64,000 bases of DNA from a virus (taxonomy: Duplodnaviria > Caudoviricetes), in IMG/VR virus record IMGVR_UViG_3300031994_000099, positions 1,039 to 65,038 of that record; one strand, written 5' to 3'. This document shows positions 18,177 through 26,020 of the stretch, one piece after another; within the stretch, counting starts at the first letter, position 1, and every line of letters starts with the position of its first letter. A program made the position numbers and the translations under genes. The notes below the pieces were generated by a model. The model ran no database searches, was not told the DNA's origin, and worked only from the letters and a program-made list of their open reading frames with translations.

Positions 18177-18359
18177 CTACCTACTGACGCCGTGGTCAGC
18201 AAGGGCCTTGGCTGCCTGCTTGTGCTGGTAGGGCTTTTTGTGGCGGAGTCCCCTGGCCCGGTCCATTGGGTTCCAGGAGGTGGGAACACCCTGGGGCATA
18301 ACATAGCCCCGTTCCAGGAGGCGGCGGGTGCGGCGGTTCGGTTTTGCGTCTTGGGTCAT
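18177..18359 (-). CDS. Small basic hypothetical protein
   Basis: MTQDAKPNRRTRR...; RBS AAGGAAAAGACT; promoter motif at 18409. Confidence 0.55.
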   Translation of the reverse strand: MTQDAKPNRRTRRLLERGYVMPQGVPTSWNPMDRARGLRHKKPYQHKQAAKALADHGVSR

Positions 18360-18408
18360 AGTCTTTTCCTTTGGGTTGAGTTCGTCAATGATAAATATCA
18401 TACTAAAG

Positions 18409-18426
18409 TTATACCCCCAGACCCGG
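18409..18426 (-). promoter_or_regulatory. CCGG-N7-GGTATAA promoter
   Basis: Exact motif. Confidence 0.7.
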
Positions 18427-18459
18427 TTGTTTGTGAGGGGAGGTGTCCGGGTCCAGGGG

Positions 18460-18802
18460 CATATAGGGTTCCCGGATTTTCTCAGAGTTTTTGAGAGGGT
18501 CTTCAGACAAAATCCGGGGCAAAAGTAATAGACCCTTTTTCAAATTCAAACTTGGTATGGGCGGGGACATCAAGCCATCGTTTCAGCCCTGGTCCCCGCC
18601 CTGGATGTTGGCCACCATCGTTAGCCACCAGCACTTTATGGCTCATGCTGGTATGCCCCCGGTATTCACCGGGCTTGGCCGTTATTTGTTCGGTCAAACA
18701 GAACCTTGTTCACGCACAATTTTCGTCAGGCGGTTTTATCCGTTCCCCCTCGGTTCTGAAAGCGTCCATTCTGCTATGGATAGCGGGTTTGGTCGGTTGA
18801 CC
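18460..18802 (-). ncRNA. Putative structured RNA(s) 3' of the tRNA
   Basis: Nested stems on the minus strand: GGTCAA/TTGACC, CAGAACC/GGTTCTG, CCCGG/CCGGG, GGCGGGGAC/GTCCCCGCC, CCCGGATTTT/AAAATCCGGG. Confidence 0.45.
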
Positions 18803-18804
18803 TA

Positions 18805-18878
18805 TTGCCTCAGCGGGACTTGAACCCGCATACTCCACCTTCGGAGGGTGGCACCTTATCCAGTTAGGCCATGAGACA
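18805..18878 (-). tRNA. tRNA-Arg (anticodon CCG)
   Basis: Cloverleaf: TGTCTCA/TGAGGCA acceptor, GCCT/AGGT D-stem, CCACC-CTCCGAA-GGTGG anticodon arm, GCGGG-TTCAAGT-CCCGC T-arm; CCA not encoded. Confidence 0.93.
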
Positions 18879-18882
18879 TTGG

Positions 18883-18946
18883 GTAAGCGGCCCGGCGTTG
18901 TTAAAGGACTCAGGGGTGGGACTAGACACCACTGCGGGCCGCTTAC
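18883..18946 (-). ncRNA. Putative small structured RNA or leader 5' of the tRNA
   Basis: Perfect 12-bp closing stem GTAAGCGGCCCG/CGGGCCGCTTAC directly after the promoter at 18954-18971. Confidence 0.4.
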
Positions 18947-18953
18947 ATTCTGT

Positions 18954-18971
18954 TTATACCTGGGTGGCCGG
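18954..18971 (-). promoter_or_regulatory. CCGG-N7-GGTATAA promoter (tRNA locus)
   Basis: Exact motif. Confidence 0.7.
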
Positions 18972-18977
18972 GGGGTC

Positions 18978-21602
18978 CTAGCCTAGTGCCCCAATCTCCT
19001 TCATTTCAGCCCAGGTCCCACCCACTTCGGAGGCCTCCCCCTCAATTACAAGGGGCACGCAAATCCACGGGAATACCTGGGACACCCGCTGGACTCCGTT
19101 TTTGTAGATAGTCCCACGGACCTTTTCGGACTCGTTTTCAGCCTCCAGGACCACGAGGGCATCGTGAATTTGGCCCACTATTACAGAGGCCAGGCCCAGG
19201 TCCTCAAAGTCTGCGACATTCCAGATTAAGGCCCGGAGCAGGATGTGGAACGCACTGCCCTGAATACAGCGGTTGGTTGCTTCGGTATATCCCATGGGGC
19301 CAAAGCACCTGAACCCGGTATATGACTGAACATATCCATAGTCCTGGTAGCGTTGCCACTCTTTTCGCCGCCATCGGTTATATACAGCAAAACGCTTATT
19401 CCAAAAAATATCGTCTGCCTTTTTAACATGGTTCATGAATTGGTCTAGGGTCCTGATGCCCTTTTTCGCTAGCCAGTCTTTAGCAGTCTGGGGCATATTG
19501 TTCCACATTCCTACTGCGCACGAGCGGTAAGATGCCCCATAAAAACTGCTGAAGACATACCCGGACTTGATTGAACTGCGTTCCTCCTTGGTAATGTCCT
19601 CCGGGCGTTTCATATACATGTCCGCTGCCGTGTCCCGGTGCATATCTGACTCCGGGTTCTGGAGGTAGTGAATCATTTGCGGGTCATGGTGGTAGGAGGC
19701 TGAGACCATCACCTCAAGGCTCTTGTAGTCATATTCTGCGAACCTAAAACCGGGCGGGGCCACGAAAAGGCTGCGGAGCAACTTTTTCATTTCCTTGTCC
19801 CGCTTGGGAATGTTCTGAAAATTCGGGGAGTCTGCTGAACTGCGGTATGTCTTGGGCCCGGCATCGCCATCCCCTCCTGCCCCGGCGGCGAGGTTGAAGA
19901 ACGGCCTGATGAGCCACTGGCCCGTAGGTTCGTCAAAAACTGCCTCCCGGATATAGCCGTCAAGGAATGTATCACGCATCTTGGACCAGTGACGCATATC
20001 TAGTATGGCCTGGCAAAATTCCCCGCCTATCTTGGACAGCGTTGCTTCACGGGCATCCCGGCCATCCTTGTCGGAGTATTTCAAAATGTCGTAAAGCAGG
20101 GTGACCAGCTGCTTGTTAGAGTCCGGGTTGAGGCTCATACCCTTTGCCTTTTCGTAGGCAGCCGCCTCCCTAGAGTCCATCACCCTTTTCCGGGCGGCCT
20201 CATACTTTTCGGTCATCATAGCCTTGAGGCCGTTGACCTTATTCATATCAATCGGGAGTCCGTTTGACTGGACCTTTGCGAGGGCCAACATGCCCTCCAT
20301 AAAAAACTCAAAAGCCCTCATCTGGTCCGGGGACAGCATAGGCTCCTGGCGGTCCCGGAGGTAGATGGTGTAAAGGCTATCCAGGCCGCAGTAGTAGGCT
20401 ATTTCACCCCAGGGGACCCCTACACGGGACTTGAGGAGGTTAAACGCATTGCAGGAGTCAGGATTTTCACCCGGCATAAAACTACTCAGCCAGCGGTCAG
20501 CGGCGGCATCATACCCAAGCACGCCCAGTTCGCAGTAGGTGTGGAACTTTAGGCCCACCTTTTGGTTGTTGTCTATTACATGAGCAGCCAGGCAGGTGTC
20601 CCAGGACCAGTTCGTGGGCCAGGGGGAGCGGGTAGAGCCCAAGCCAGAGCGGAACCGGGACCAACACGCCTCAAAATCAGCCTTGTGGGCAATAAGTCCA
20701 GGGCCATTATACAAGACCCTCTTCCAGGCCTCTATCAGTTCCGGGCAGTCCGGGTCCCACTTAAACCCAATGGCCTTGTATTCCCCTTTAGACCTCCAAG
20801 CAAGGGAGGCCGCCACGATGCGGTGGCCGTCACGATGGGGCTTGAGGCCCGTTGTCTCATAGTCAATAGCAACATCCGGGGCAGATGCTCCGGGAGCGGG
20901 TTCAGCCTCCCTCAAGGCCTCGTCAATTAAGCGGGCCGCCTCACGGGGGTCCGTGGTAGTCTTTACCTGGTCGGGAATTTTCGGGAGGGGGACCCCCACG
21001 AGGCTCATGGCCCTTCGGAGGTGCTGCTTGAAATACATTTCCGGGCAGCCGTCATCCTTCTGCCATGATAAAAAGTCCACCCCATAGGTCGGGCAAATCC
21101 AGCAATTGTAGGTTCGGTCAGGAATACACTTGCCAATAAAATCCGTTGCTTTTATGTTGGTTATACGGCCAGCGAGGCGGTCCCAGATTAGGGCCTGGGT
21201 AGATACCGGGCCAAGACAAATAATGACCTTCGGGGCCATTTCCTTGATGAGGGCATCCAGGCGGGCCTTACAGCAGAGGCTCCGGGCGGTCCCGGCATCC
21301 TTATCCGGGCACGGGCACTGGACGGCATAGCCAAAGGCAGCGGCCTTTTTCCAATCACGGGGCAGCCCACGGGTCCCCTCAGTGTCCCAAAAATGATGAT
21401 ATGCGGCCCCGGTAAAGATTTCAGAACTGGTTTCACGGGCGGCAGGGTAGTCCCCCAGGATAAGCACCCCGGATTTTAGGTTGCCCTTAAAGGCGGCAGT
21501 TTGCCCGGAGCGGTCCAGGCCGCAAGCATCGCACCCGCTCAGTTTAGTCGGGGCCTTGCGTTTTTCGGTGACGGGCATCGGGCCCAAGTTGAAAAAACCC
21601 AT
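18978..21602 (-). CDS. Family A DNA polymerase with N-terminal family-4 UDG-like (Fe-S) domain and 3'-5' exonuclease
   Basis: N-term CDAC...LGDYPA...CPCP...CC...PTY; exonuclease DYETTGL; polymerase motifs A (DYKSLE), B (R...K...F..FYG) and C (QIHDAL). Confidence 0.92.
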   Translation of the reverse strand: MGFFNLGPMPVTEKRKAPTKLSGCDACGLDRSGQTAAFKGNLKSGVLILGDYPAARETSSEIFTGAAYHHFWDTEGTRGLPRDWKKAAAFGYAVQCPCPDKDAGTARSLCCKARLDALIKEMAPKVIICLGPVSTQALIWDRLAGRITNIKATDFIGKCIPDRTYNCWICPTYGVDFLSWQKDDGCPEMYFKQHLRRAMSLVGVPLPKIPDQVKTTTDPREAARLIDEALREAEPAPGASAPDVAIDYETTGLKPHRDGHRIVAASLAWRSKGEYKAIGFKWDPDCPELIEAWKRVLYNGPGLIAHKADFEACWSRFRSGLGSTRSPWPTNWSWDTCLAAHVIDNNQKVGLKFHTYCELGVLGYDAAADRWLSSFMPGENPDSCNAFNLLKSRVGVPWGEIAYYCGLDSLYTIYLRDRQEPMLSPDQMRAFEFFMEGMLALAKVQSNGLPIDMNKVNGLKAMMTEKYEAARKRVMDSREAAAYEKAKGMSLNPDSNKQLVTLLYDILKYSDKDGRDAREATLSKIGGEFCQAILDMRHWSKMRDTFLDGYIREAVFDEPTGQWLIRPFFNLAAGAGGDGDAGPKTYRSSADSPNFQNIPKRDKEMKKLLRSLFVAPPGFRFAEYDYKSLEVMVSASYHHDPQMIHYLQNPESDMHRDTAADMYMKRPEDITKEERSSIKSGYVFSSFYGASYRSCAVGMWNNMPQTAKDWLAKKGIRTLDQFMNHVKKADDIFWNKRFAVYNRWRRKEWQRYQDYGYVQSYTGFRCFGPMGYTEATNRCIQGSAFHILLRALIWNVADFEDLGLASVIVGQIHDALVVLEAENESEKVRGTIYKNGVQRVSQVFPWICVPLVIEGEASEVGGTWAEMKEIGALG

Positions 21603-21622
21603 AGAAAATTCCTTGAAAAATA

Positions 21623-21672
21623 AAAAAAGTCCCCGGCCCAGGGACAATGGCTAGTAAACCCAGGCCGGGAAC
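21623..21672 (-). terminator. Intrinsic terminator after the clamp gene
   Basis: CCCCGGCC/GGCCGGGG stem followed by a T-run. Confidence 0.6.
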
Positions 21673-21688
21673 CCCCTGATGGAAACAA

Positions 21689-22771
21689 CTACTCAATCAC
21701 ATCGGTAGATACCAGCTGGGCAAACCCTTCGGAGGTAAACACCATGGTATCAGTTTCAGAGCCTTCAGCGTGGACCAACTTGAAGTCCATAGCCTTGCGG
21801 CCCGCCTCCATAAGGAACGAGGTGTCAACCCAGACAACCCGGTTCAGGTCCGTTTCCAGCGGGGTGTCCCACGGGACAAGTTCGGAGGCGTCACCAGTGT
21901 CCTTCTTGGCATAGAGTTCCAGGCCATCCTTCTTGAAGGTCAAGCGGACAAGGGAGGCACTGCTGCCGTCAATACCGCTGGCCATAGTAGCCACACGGCC
22001 CGTTGCTTCCAGGAGGTCCTTGGGGAGGCGGCCTGCAAGGATAGCCGGGGCACCCTGGGCCTCAGTGACTGCGGTGTTAAACATCGTGACCGGGAACTGG
22101 GCGCAGTCCTTCAACTTGCAGCTGAAGATGGTCCCGTCAGCATACTTGAGGTGGAGCCACGGGCCGCCCATTGCGTAATCAGTCGGGTCACCCAATTTCA
22201 TGAGGTCATTCACCACCGGGTCATCAATCCAAAGCGGGTCCATGCTGCCCTGGAGGGCACCAACGGAAATGCGGGACTGGTCGGTGGACATCACCTGGGC
22301 GTTCTGACCATCCGGGGAGGCCGCAACGGCAATACCACGGAGCGGGGACGGGTTGCACGAGAGTTTACAGAGTTTGACGGCATCCATAAAGCCACCCGGC
22401 AACTTTTTCCACTCTGCTGCGTCCAGGCCCAGGGTGTTAATGTATTCACGGACCCTCGTGGCGTCAATCATCGTCATGCGGGCGTGGGTGCGACCACCGC
22501 TGAGGTTCACCTCCGGGCCGTTCACCTCAATGCTAATCATCGGGGCGTTAATCTTGGTGACCAACTTGAAGAGGTCGGCGGCCTTGACAGCACCTTCAAG
22601 ACCTTCAGCAGCCAGCGGGGTAGATACCGCAATGGTGTCGTTGTAGGTGTGGAGGTAGCCCGGAGTGAAGAGGAATGCGTCAGCACCCACGATGAGGCTG
22701 GACCCGGTTTCAACGCCGGGCATACACTTTTTCATGGCGTCCTGGAGGGTTGTTTTGGCGAGAGTAATCAT
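21689..22771 (-). CDS. Sliding clamp (DNA Pol III beta-like)
   Basis: 360 aa with three repeated beta/alpha units; adjacent to the polymerase; clamp loader in the same region. Confidence 0.7.
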   Translation of the reverse strand: MITLAKTTLQDAMKKCMPGVETGSSLIVGADAFLFTPGYLHTYNDTIAVSTPLAAEGLEGAVKAADLFKLVTKINAPMISIEVNGPEVNLSGGRTHARMTMIDATRVREYINTLGLDAAEWKKLPGGFMDAVKLCKLSCNPSPLRGIAVAASPDGQNAQVMSTDQSRISVGALQGSMDPLWIDDPVVNDLMKLGDPTDYAMGGPWLHLKYADGTIFSCKLKDCAQFPVTMFNTAVTEAQGAPAILAGRLPKDLLEATGRVATMASGIDGSSASLVRLTFKKDGLELYAKKDTGDASELVPWDTPLETDLNRVVWVDTSFLMEAGRKAMDFKLVHAEGSETDTMVFTSEGFAQLVSTDVIE

Positions 22772-22774
22772 TGA

Positions 22775-23596
22775 TTATTCCTTTGTAGTTGGGACATTGA
22801 GTTTAAATGCCGGGCACAACTTGTCCTTGAATTGTTCCAGGCCGGGGCAGTCTAGGCAGCCCCCATCGTTAATAAATTTGAATGCAGACTGGGTTATGTA
22901 GTCCCAGGTAAACATCCGACAGAGTTCAGAGAGTCCGGGGAGGCCCGGCGACACCAGGCAGTAGCGGTAATTTATCCAGCATCCTATGCCGGAGTCAATG
23001 ACACTCACCCCCATGGGCTTGCCCTTCACTAAAAGGGTCATGCGGGAGGCGAGGCCCTGGGGGAGTTCCCCCAATACTGCTTCCACCAATCGGTCCGGGT
23101 CAAATACCCCGTCCCCCTTTTTCCCGGCCCAGTCTGCTAGGTAGTCCTGCGTGGCCTTTTCGTCACGGGACTTTTCCCACGGGACCAGCTGGCAGTTTTC
23201 CAGGCGGGCATTAAGGTTTCGGAGGGCAAGCGACAAGGCCTTGCGGCGGCCACGGAACTGGCCACCCTGCCACCCGTCTAGGATGCGGCTGGGCCTATAT
23301 ACATATTGCTTGTCCCAGAGGCTAGGAACACCACTTTCAGTGGCAAACCCGGCCTCAAATTTTTCATCGGCAAGGGAATAGTCATCCAGGCAGATACCCG
23401 GCAGGACAAGTTGCCCATCCTCTGGGTCCCGGACCTCTATTGACTCCCTGCCGTAAGAATTGCGGCGGCGTGACACTAGATACCCGCATGCCCGGAGCCA
23501 GTAGGGGGACATCAGAAAGTTCGGAGCCTCCCCCAGATACTTATGGCAGTGGGCAGCTGCGGCCTTTAGGTAGGTATCAGCATCAAGTCTTTTCAT
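22775..23596 (-). CDS. DUF2156 / LPG-synthase C-terminal-like (Fem/GNAT fold) aminoacyl-tRNA-dependent transferase
   Basis: QYVYRPSRILDGWQGGQFRGRRKAL resembles DYIY...L.G.KF...RN; FINDGGCLDCPGLEQFKDKLCP resembles YIN...DLG..GLR.AK....P. Confidence 0.6.
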   Translation of the reverse strand: MKRLDADTYLKAAAAHCHKYLGEAPNFLMSPYWLRACGYLVSRRRNSYGRESIEVRDPEDGQLVLPGICLDDYSLADEKFEAGFATESGVPSLWDKQYVYRPSRILDGWQGGQFRGRRKALSLALRNLNARLENCQLVPWEKSRDEKATQDYLADWAGKKGDGVFDPDRLVEAVLGELPQGLASRMTLLVKGKPMGVSVIDSGIGCWINYRYCLVSPGLPGLSELCRMFTWDYITQSAFKFINDGGCLDCPGLEQFKDKLCPAFKLNVPTTKE

Positions 23597-23761
23597 CTAG
23601 CCATTCCCCGGCTGAACAAGGCCCAGGCCAAAGGCATTAACCTTCGGGGCCTTTTTAGTGGTCGGGGCCTTTTTAGCAGTAGCCTGGAGGGACCCGCCCG
23701 CCTTGATGCGGTCAATGAGGGCCTTGGACACATTCCCGGTCTTGCGGCTTTTTCCACCCAT
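23597..23761 (-). CDS. 54-aa Lys-rich peptide (not in ORF track)
   Basis: Manual translation MGGKSRKTGNVSKALIDRIKAGGSLQATAKKAPTTKKAPKVNAFGLGLVQPGNG; RBS AAGGAGG; TAG abuts the next ATG. Confidence 0.75.
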   Translation of the reverse strand: MGGKSRKTGNVSKALIDRIKAGGSLQATAKKAPTTKKAPKVNAFGLGLVQPGNG

Positions 23762-23762
23762 G

Positions 23763-24545
23763 TTAGTTACCTCCTTCAGGAACCTGAATCACATCATCCG
23801 GGTCCTCTGCCGTTTCCTGCGTCACCCCGGAGGCGGCATCAGTAATGTAGCCCAGTTCATCGTAAACACAAGCAGCAATCACGCCCACCATGACCCCTTC
23901 GGAGTCCTTAAAGGCCAGCCAGTTCTTACCCGGCTGCGGATAGAGCGTGAGGGTGTTCGTGAATGAGAACAGAGCCTTGAGGTCAGCCGTGCGGAGGCCA
24001 ATGGGCTTGAACCCGGCGGGGAGGGCGTTCAACTTGATGAGGCCCTTGGACTCTGCCGCCCCAATAATCTCAATGCGGCCACCCGTGTAGATGTTCTTTT
24101 GCATCAGCATCAGGGACCCGTTCTTGCTGTGGAGTTCCACATGGCTGAGGTCATCACTGAGGAGGGTCAGGATGTCCTTATTGAGGACAACCGGGGTGGA
24201 CTGGTCAAAGTCCTTAAACTTGGAATAGATGTCACGGACCTCGTTGAAGGTAGTCTTGGGGCAGCCGCAAGTCTTTTTCTGCTTATAGGCCCCGTGGGTG
24301 GTAATAAAGCAGACTTGGCCGCCCTCCACCTCAATGTTCGGGGACTCGTAATCATTGGCGAAAAAGTCCAGGGCCGCCGGGAACACCATATCAGGAGTAA
24401 AACTGATGATGATAGTGTTATCCATGTTGGCCACATAGAGTTCGGAGCCGTTGCCATGAATATGGGATTTCATACGGCCATTCTGTGCGAGGGCCACGGC
24501 CTGGGCCATCATCAGTTCGGTTCTTTTGGTGATTTGAATTTTCAT
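23763..24545 (-). CDS. Hypothetical protein, possibly a second clamp-fold protein (260 aa)
   Basis: ORF with strong RBS; size and alternating helix/strand pattern suggest a PCNA/gp45-like fold (weak inference). Confidence 0.55.
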   Translation of the reverse strand: MKIQITKRTELMMAQAVALAQNGRMKSHIHGNGSELYVANMDNTIIISFTPDMVFPAALDFFANDYESPNIEVEGGQVCFITTHGAYKQKKTCGCPKTTFNEVRDIYSKFKDFDQSTPVVLNKDILTLLSDDLSHVELHSKNGSLMLMQKNIYTGGRIEIIGAAESKGLIKLNALPAGFKPIGLRTADLKALFSFTNTLTLYPQPGKNWLAFKDSEGVMVGVIAACVYDELGYITDAASGVTQETAEDPDDVIQVPEGGN

Positions 24546-24574
24546 AGTTGTTTTCCTTTTCAGTTCTTTTGCTT

Positions 24575-24592
24575 TTATACCTTCGGGGCCGG
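24575..24592 (-). promoter_or_regulatory. CCGG-N7-GGTATAA promoter
   Basis: Exact motif; its TAA doubles as the stop codon of the upstream rSAM gene. Confidence 0.7.
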
Positions 24593-26020
24593 GAGGCCTC
24601 CAAACACATCACGGAACAGCTGGACCCTGAAATCATCCTTGCCCTGGTAGTTCCACACGAGGCCATCCTCATTGTTTCCAATCGCAATCACACCCTGGCC
24701 CCAGTCAATCGGCCAGGCCTTGTCGCCTTCAGCGTTCCAGAGGGTCTTGACTTCTTTTCGGAGGTTCGTGGACAGCCAGCCACCTTTAGAGAGCACCCAG
24801 TTTTCAAAGTCCCTCCAGGTAGTCGGGGCAGTCCCCCGGCTCTGAATAAAGCGGATAGCCATGACACCGCAGCCCCAGTTGAACCCGGTGAAAAAGTCGC
24901 CCACCGAACAACAGACCCAGTCATCATTTTCCGGGGCATTGCCCTGGTCAAAGGTGGAGCACTTGAGGCCGTTCTGCCTAAAGTATCGCATAAACTTGCC
25001 CAACATAAGGCTGGAGAGGCCCTGGGAGTCTGAGGAGGTCAAGAACATTCTGTCCCAGTCCAGGCCCATCTTCTGAAAGTTCGTTGCGAGGCCACGGGAG
25101 TTCGCTGAGTAGGAGTAGGAGTCAAAGGTGAGGTGGGTCACTCCGGCCTCCTTAATCCAGCCAATGTATTCATCCACCTTGTCCTTGGAGTCATTGATAA
25201 ACATCATCCAGGGCTCAATGCGGGCTACAACCCGGACCCCGGCCTGGGTCAGGCGGCGGCCAGCCTCAAGGCGGGCGTGGAACCCAGGGGCACCCGGCTC
25301 CATTCTCTTCAAAAATTCCTCGTCAGAACTAATCAGCGTGAAGTGGATGGCAGCCTTGCCCTTGTTTTCCGACAAGGCCTTGAGGTAGCGGTCATCACTG
25401 CCGGGAATAGGGCTTTTGGTGTTAATCATCGTGGGGTAGCCCCAGTCACGGAGGTGTTCAAGCACCGCCAGGCTAATGCCGTGCTTGCGTTCGGCATTGT
25501 GAAAGTCCTCAAAGCGGATGCCAAAGCGGATAGGGATGCCCAAACGGACAGCGTTCAGGACCTCATTTTCACCGCTCACCTTTTCGCCCTTATGTCCCAG
25601 GAGTTTGTCCAATTCCTTGTTTACCACAGCCGGGTCGCAGTGACGCAACTTGAGGTTTTTCCCGTTGTCAAAAAACGAGGTATAGAGGGAACTGCGGAAA
25701 TAATCAGCAAAGCAATAGCGGCAGCCCATCGGGCAACGCAGCCCATCCCAGGTGTCCAGGTTAAGGGGCATCGGGCAGGACTGGGCCCGGAGGCTGACCT
25801 CAATGAAGGACTGAAGGCCCTCCGTGGACAAGATGCGTTCCAACTTGTCCATTTCCCCGGTCGCCAGGTTAAACTGATGATAGTTAGACTTGCGGCCCTT
25901 CTGCTTCTGCTTGTAGAGGTCGCCAGGGGAATTATTGAGCGTGGTCTGCCGGGGCACGGCGGTGGCGATATACCTGCGTGCCTCCCAGTAGTCCATAGAG
26001 TTGATTTCATCAAGGGTCAT
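24575..26020 (-). CDS. Radical SAM enzyme B (SPL-like family, 481 aa)
   Basis: CPMGCRYC (CX3CX2C), RFGIRFED, INTKS, RLEA...VVARIEP. Confidence 0.85.
   Translation of the reverse strand: MTLDEINSMDYWEARRYIATAVPRQTTLNNSPGDLYKQKQKGRKSNYHQFNLATGEMDKLERILSTEGLQSFIEVSLRAQSCPMPLNLDTWDGLRCPMGCRYCFADYFRSSLYTSFFDNGKNLKLRHCDPAVVNKELDKLLGHKGEKVSGENEVLNAVRLGIPIRFGIRFEDFHNAERKHGISLAVLEHLRDWGYPTMINTKSPIPGSDDRYLKALSENKGKAAIHFTLISSDEEFLKRMEPGAPGFHARLEAGRRLTQAGVRVVARIEPWMMFINDSKDKVDEYIGWIKEAGVTHLTFDSYSYSANSRGLATNFQKMGLDWDRMFLTSSDSQGLSSLMLGKFMRYFRQNGLKCSTFDQGNAPENDDWVCCSVGDFFTGFNWGCGVMAIRFIQSRGTAPTTWRDFENWVLSKGGWLSTNLRKEVKTLWNAEGDKAWPIDWGQGVIAIGNNEDGLVWNYQGKDDFRVQLFRDVFGGLPAPKV

Noticed and set aside
18503-18697. 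64-aa ORF next to the tRNA
   Set aside because: TTG start without RBS, inside a heavily base-paired region; more likely non-coding.
18700-18740. Hammerhead ribozyme (CTGACGA on the minus strand)
   Set aside because: The required stem II and GAAA core are missing (the sequence reads GAAC).
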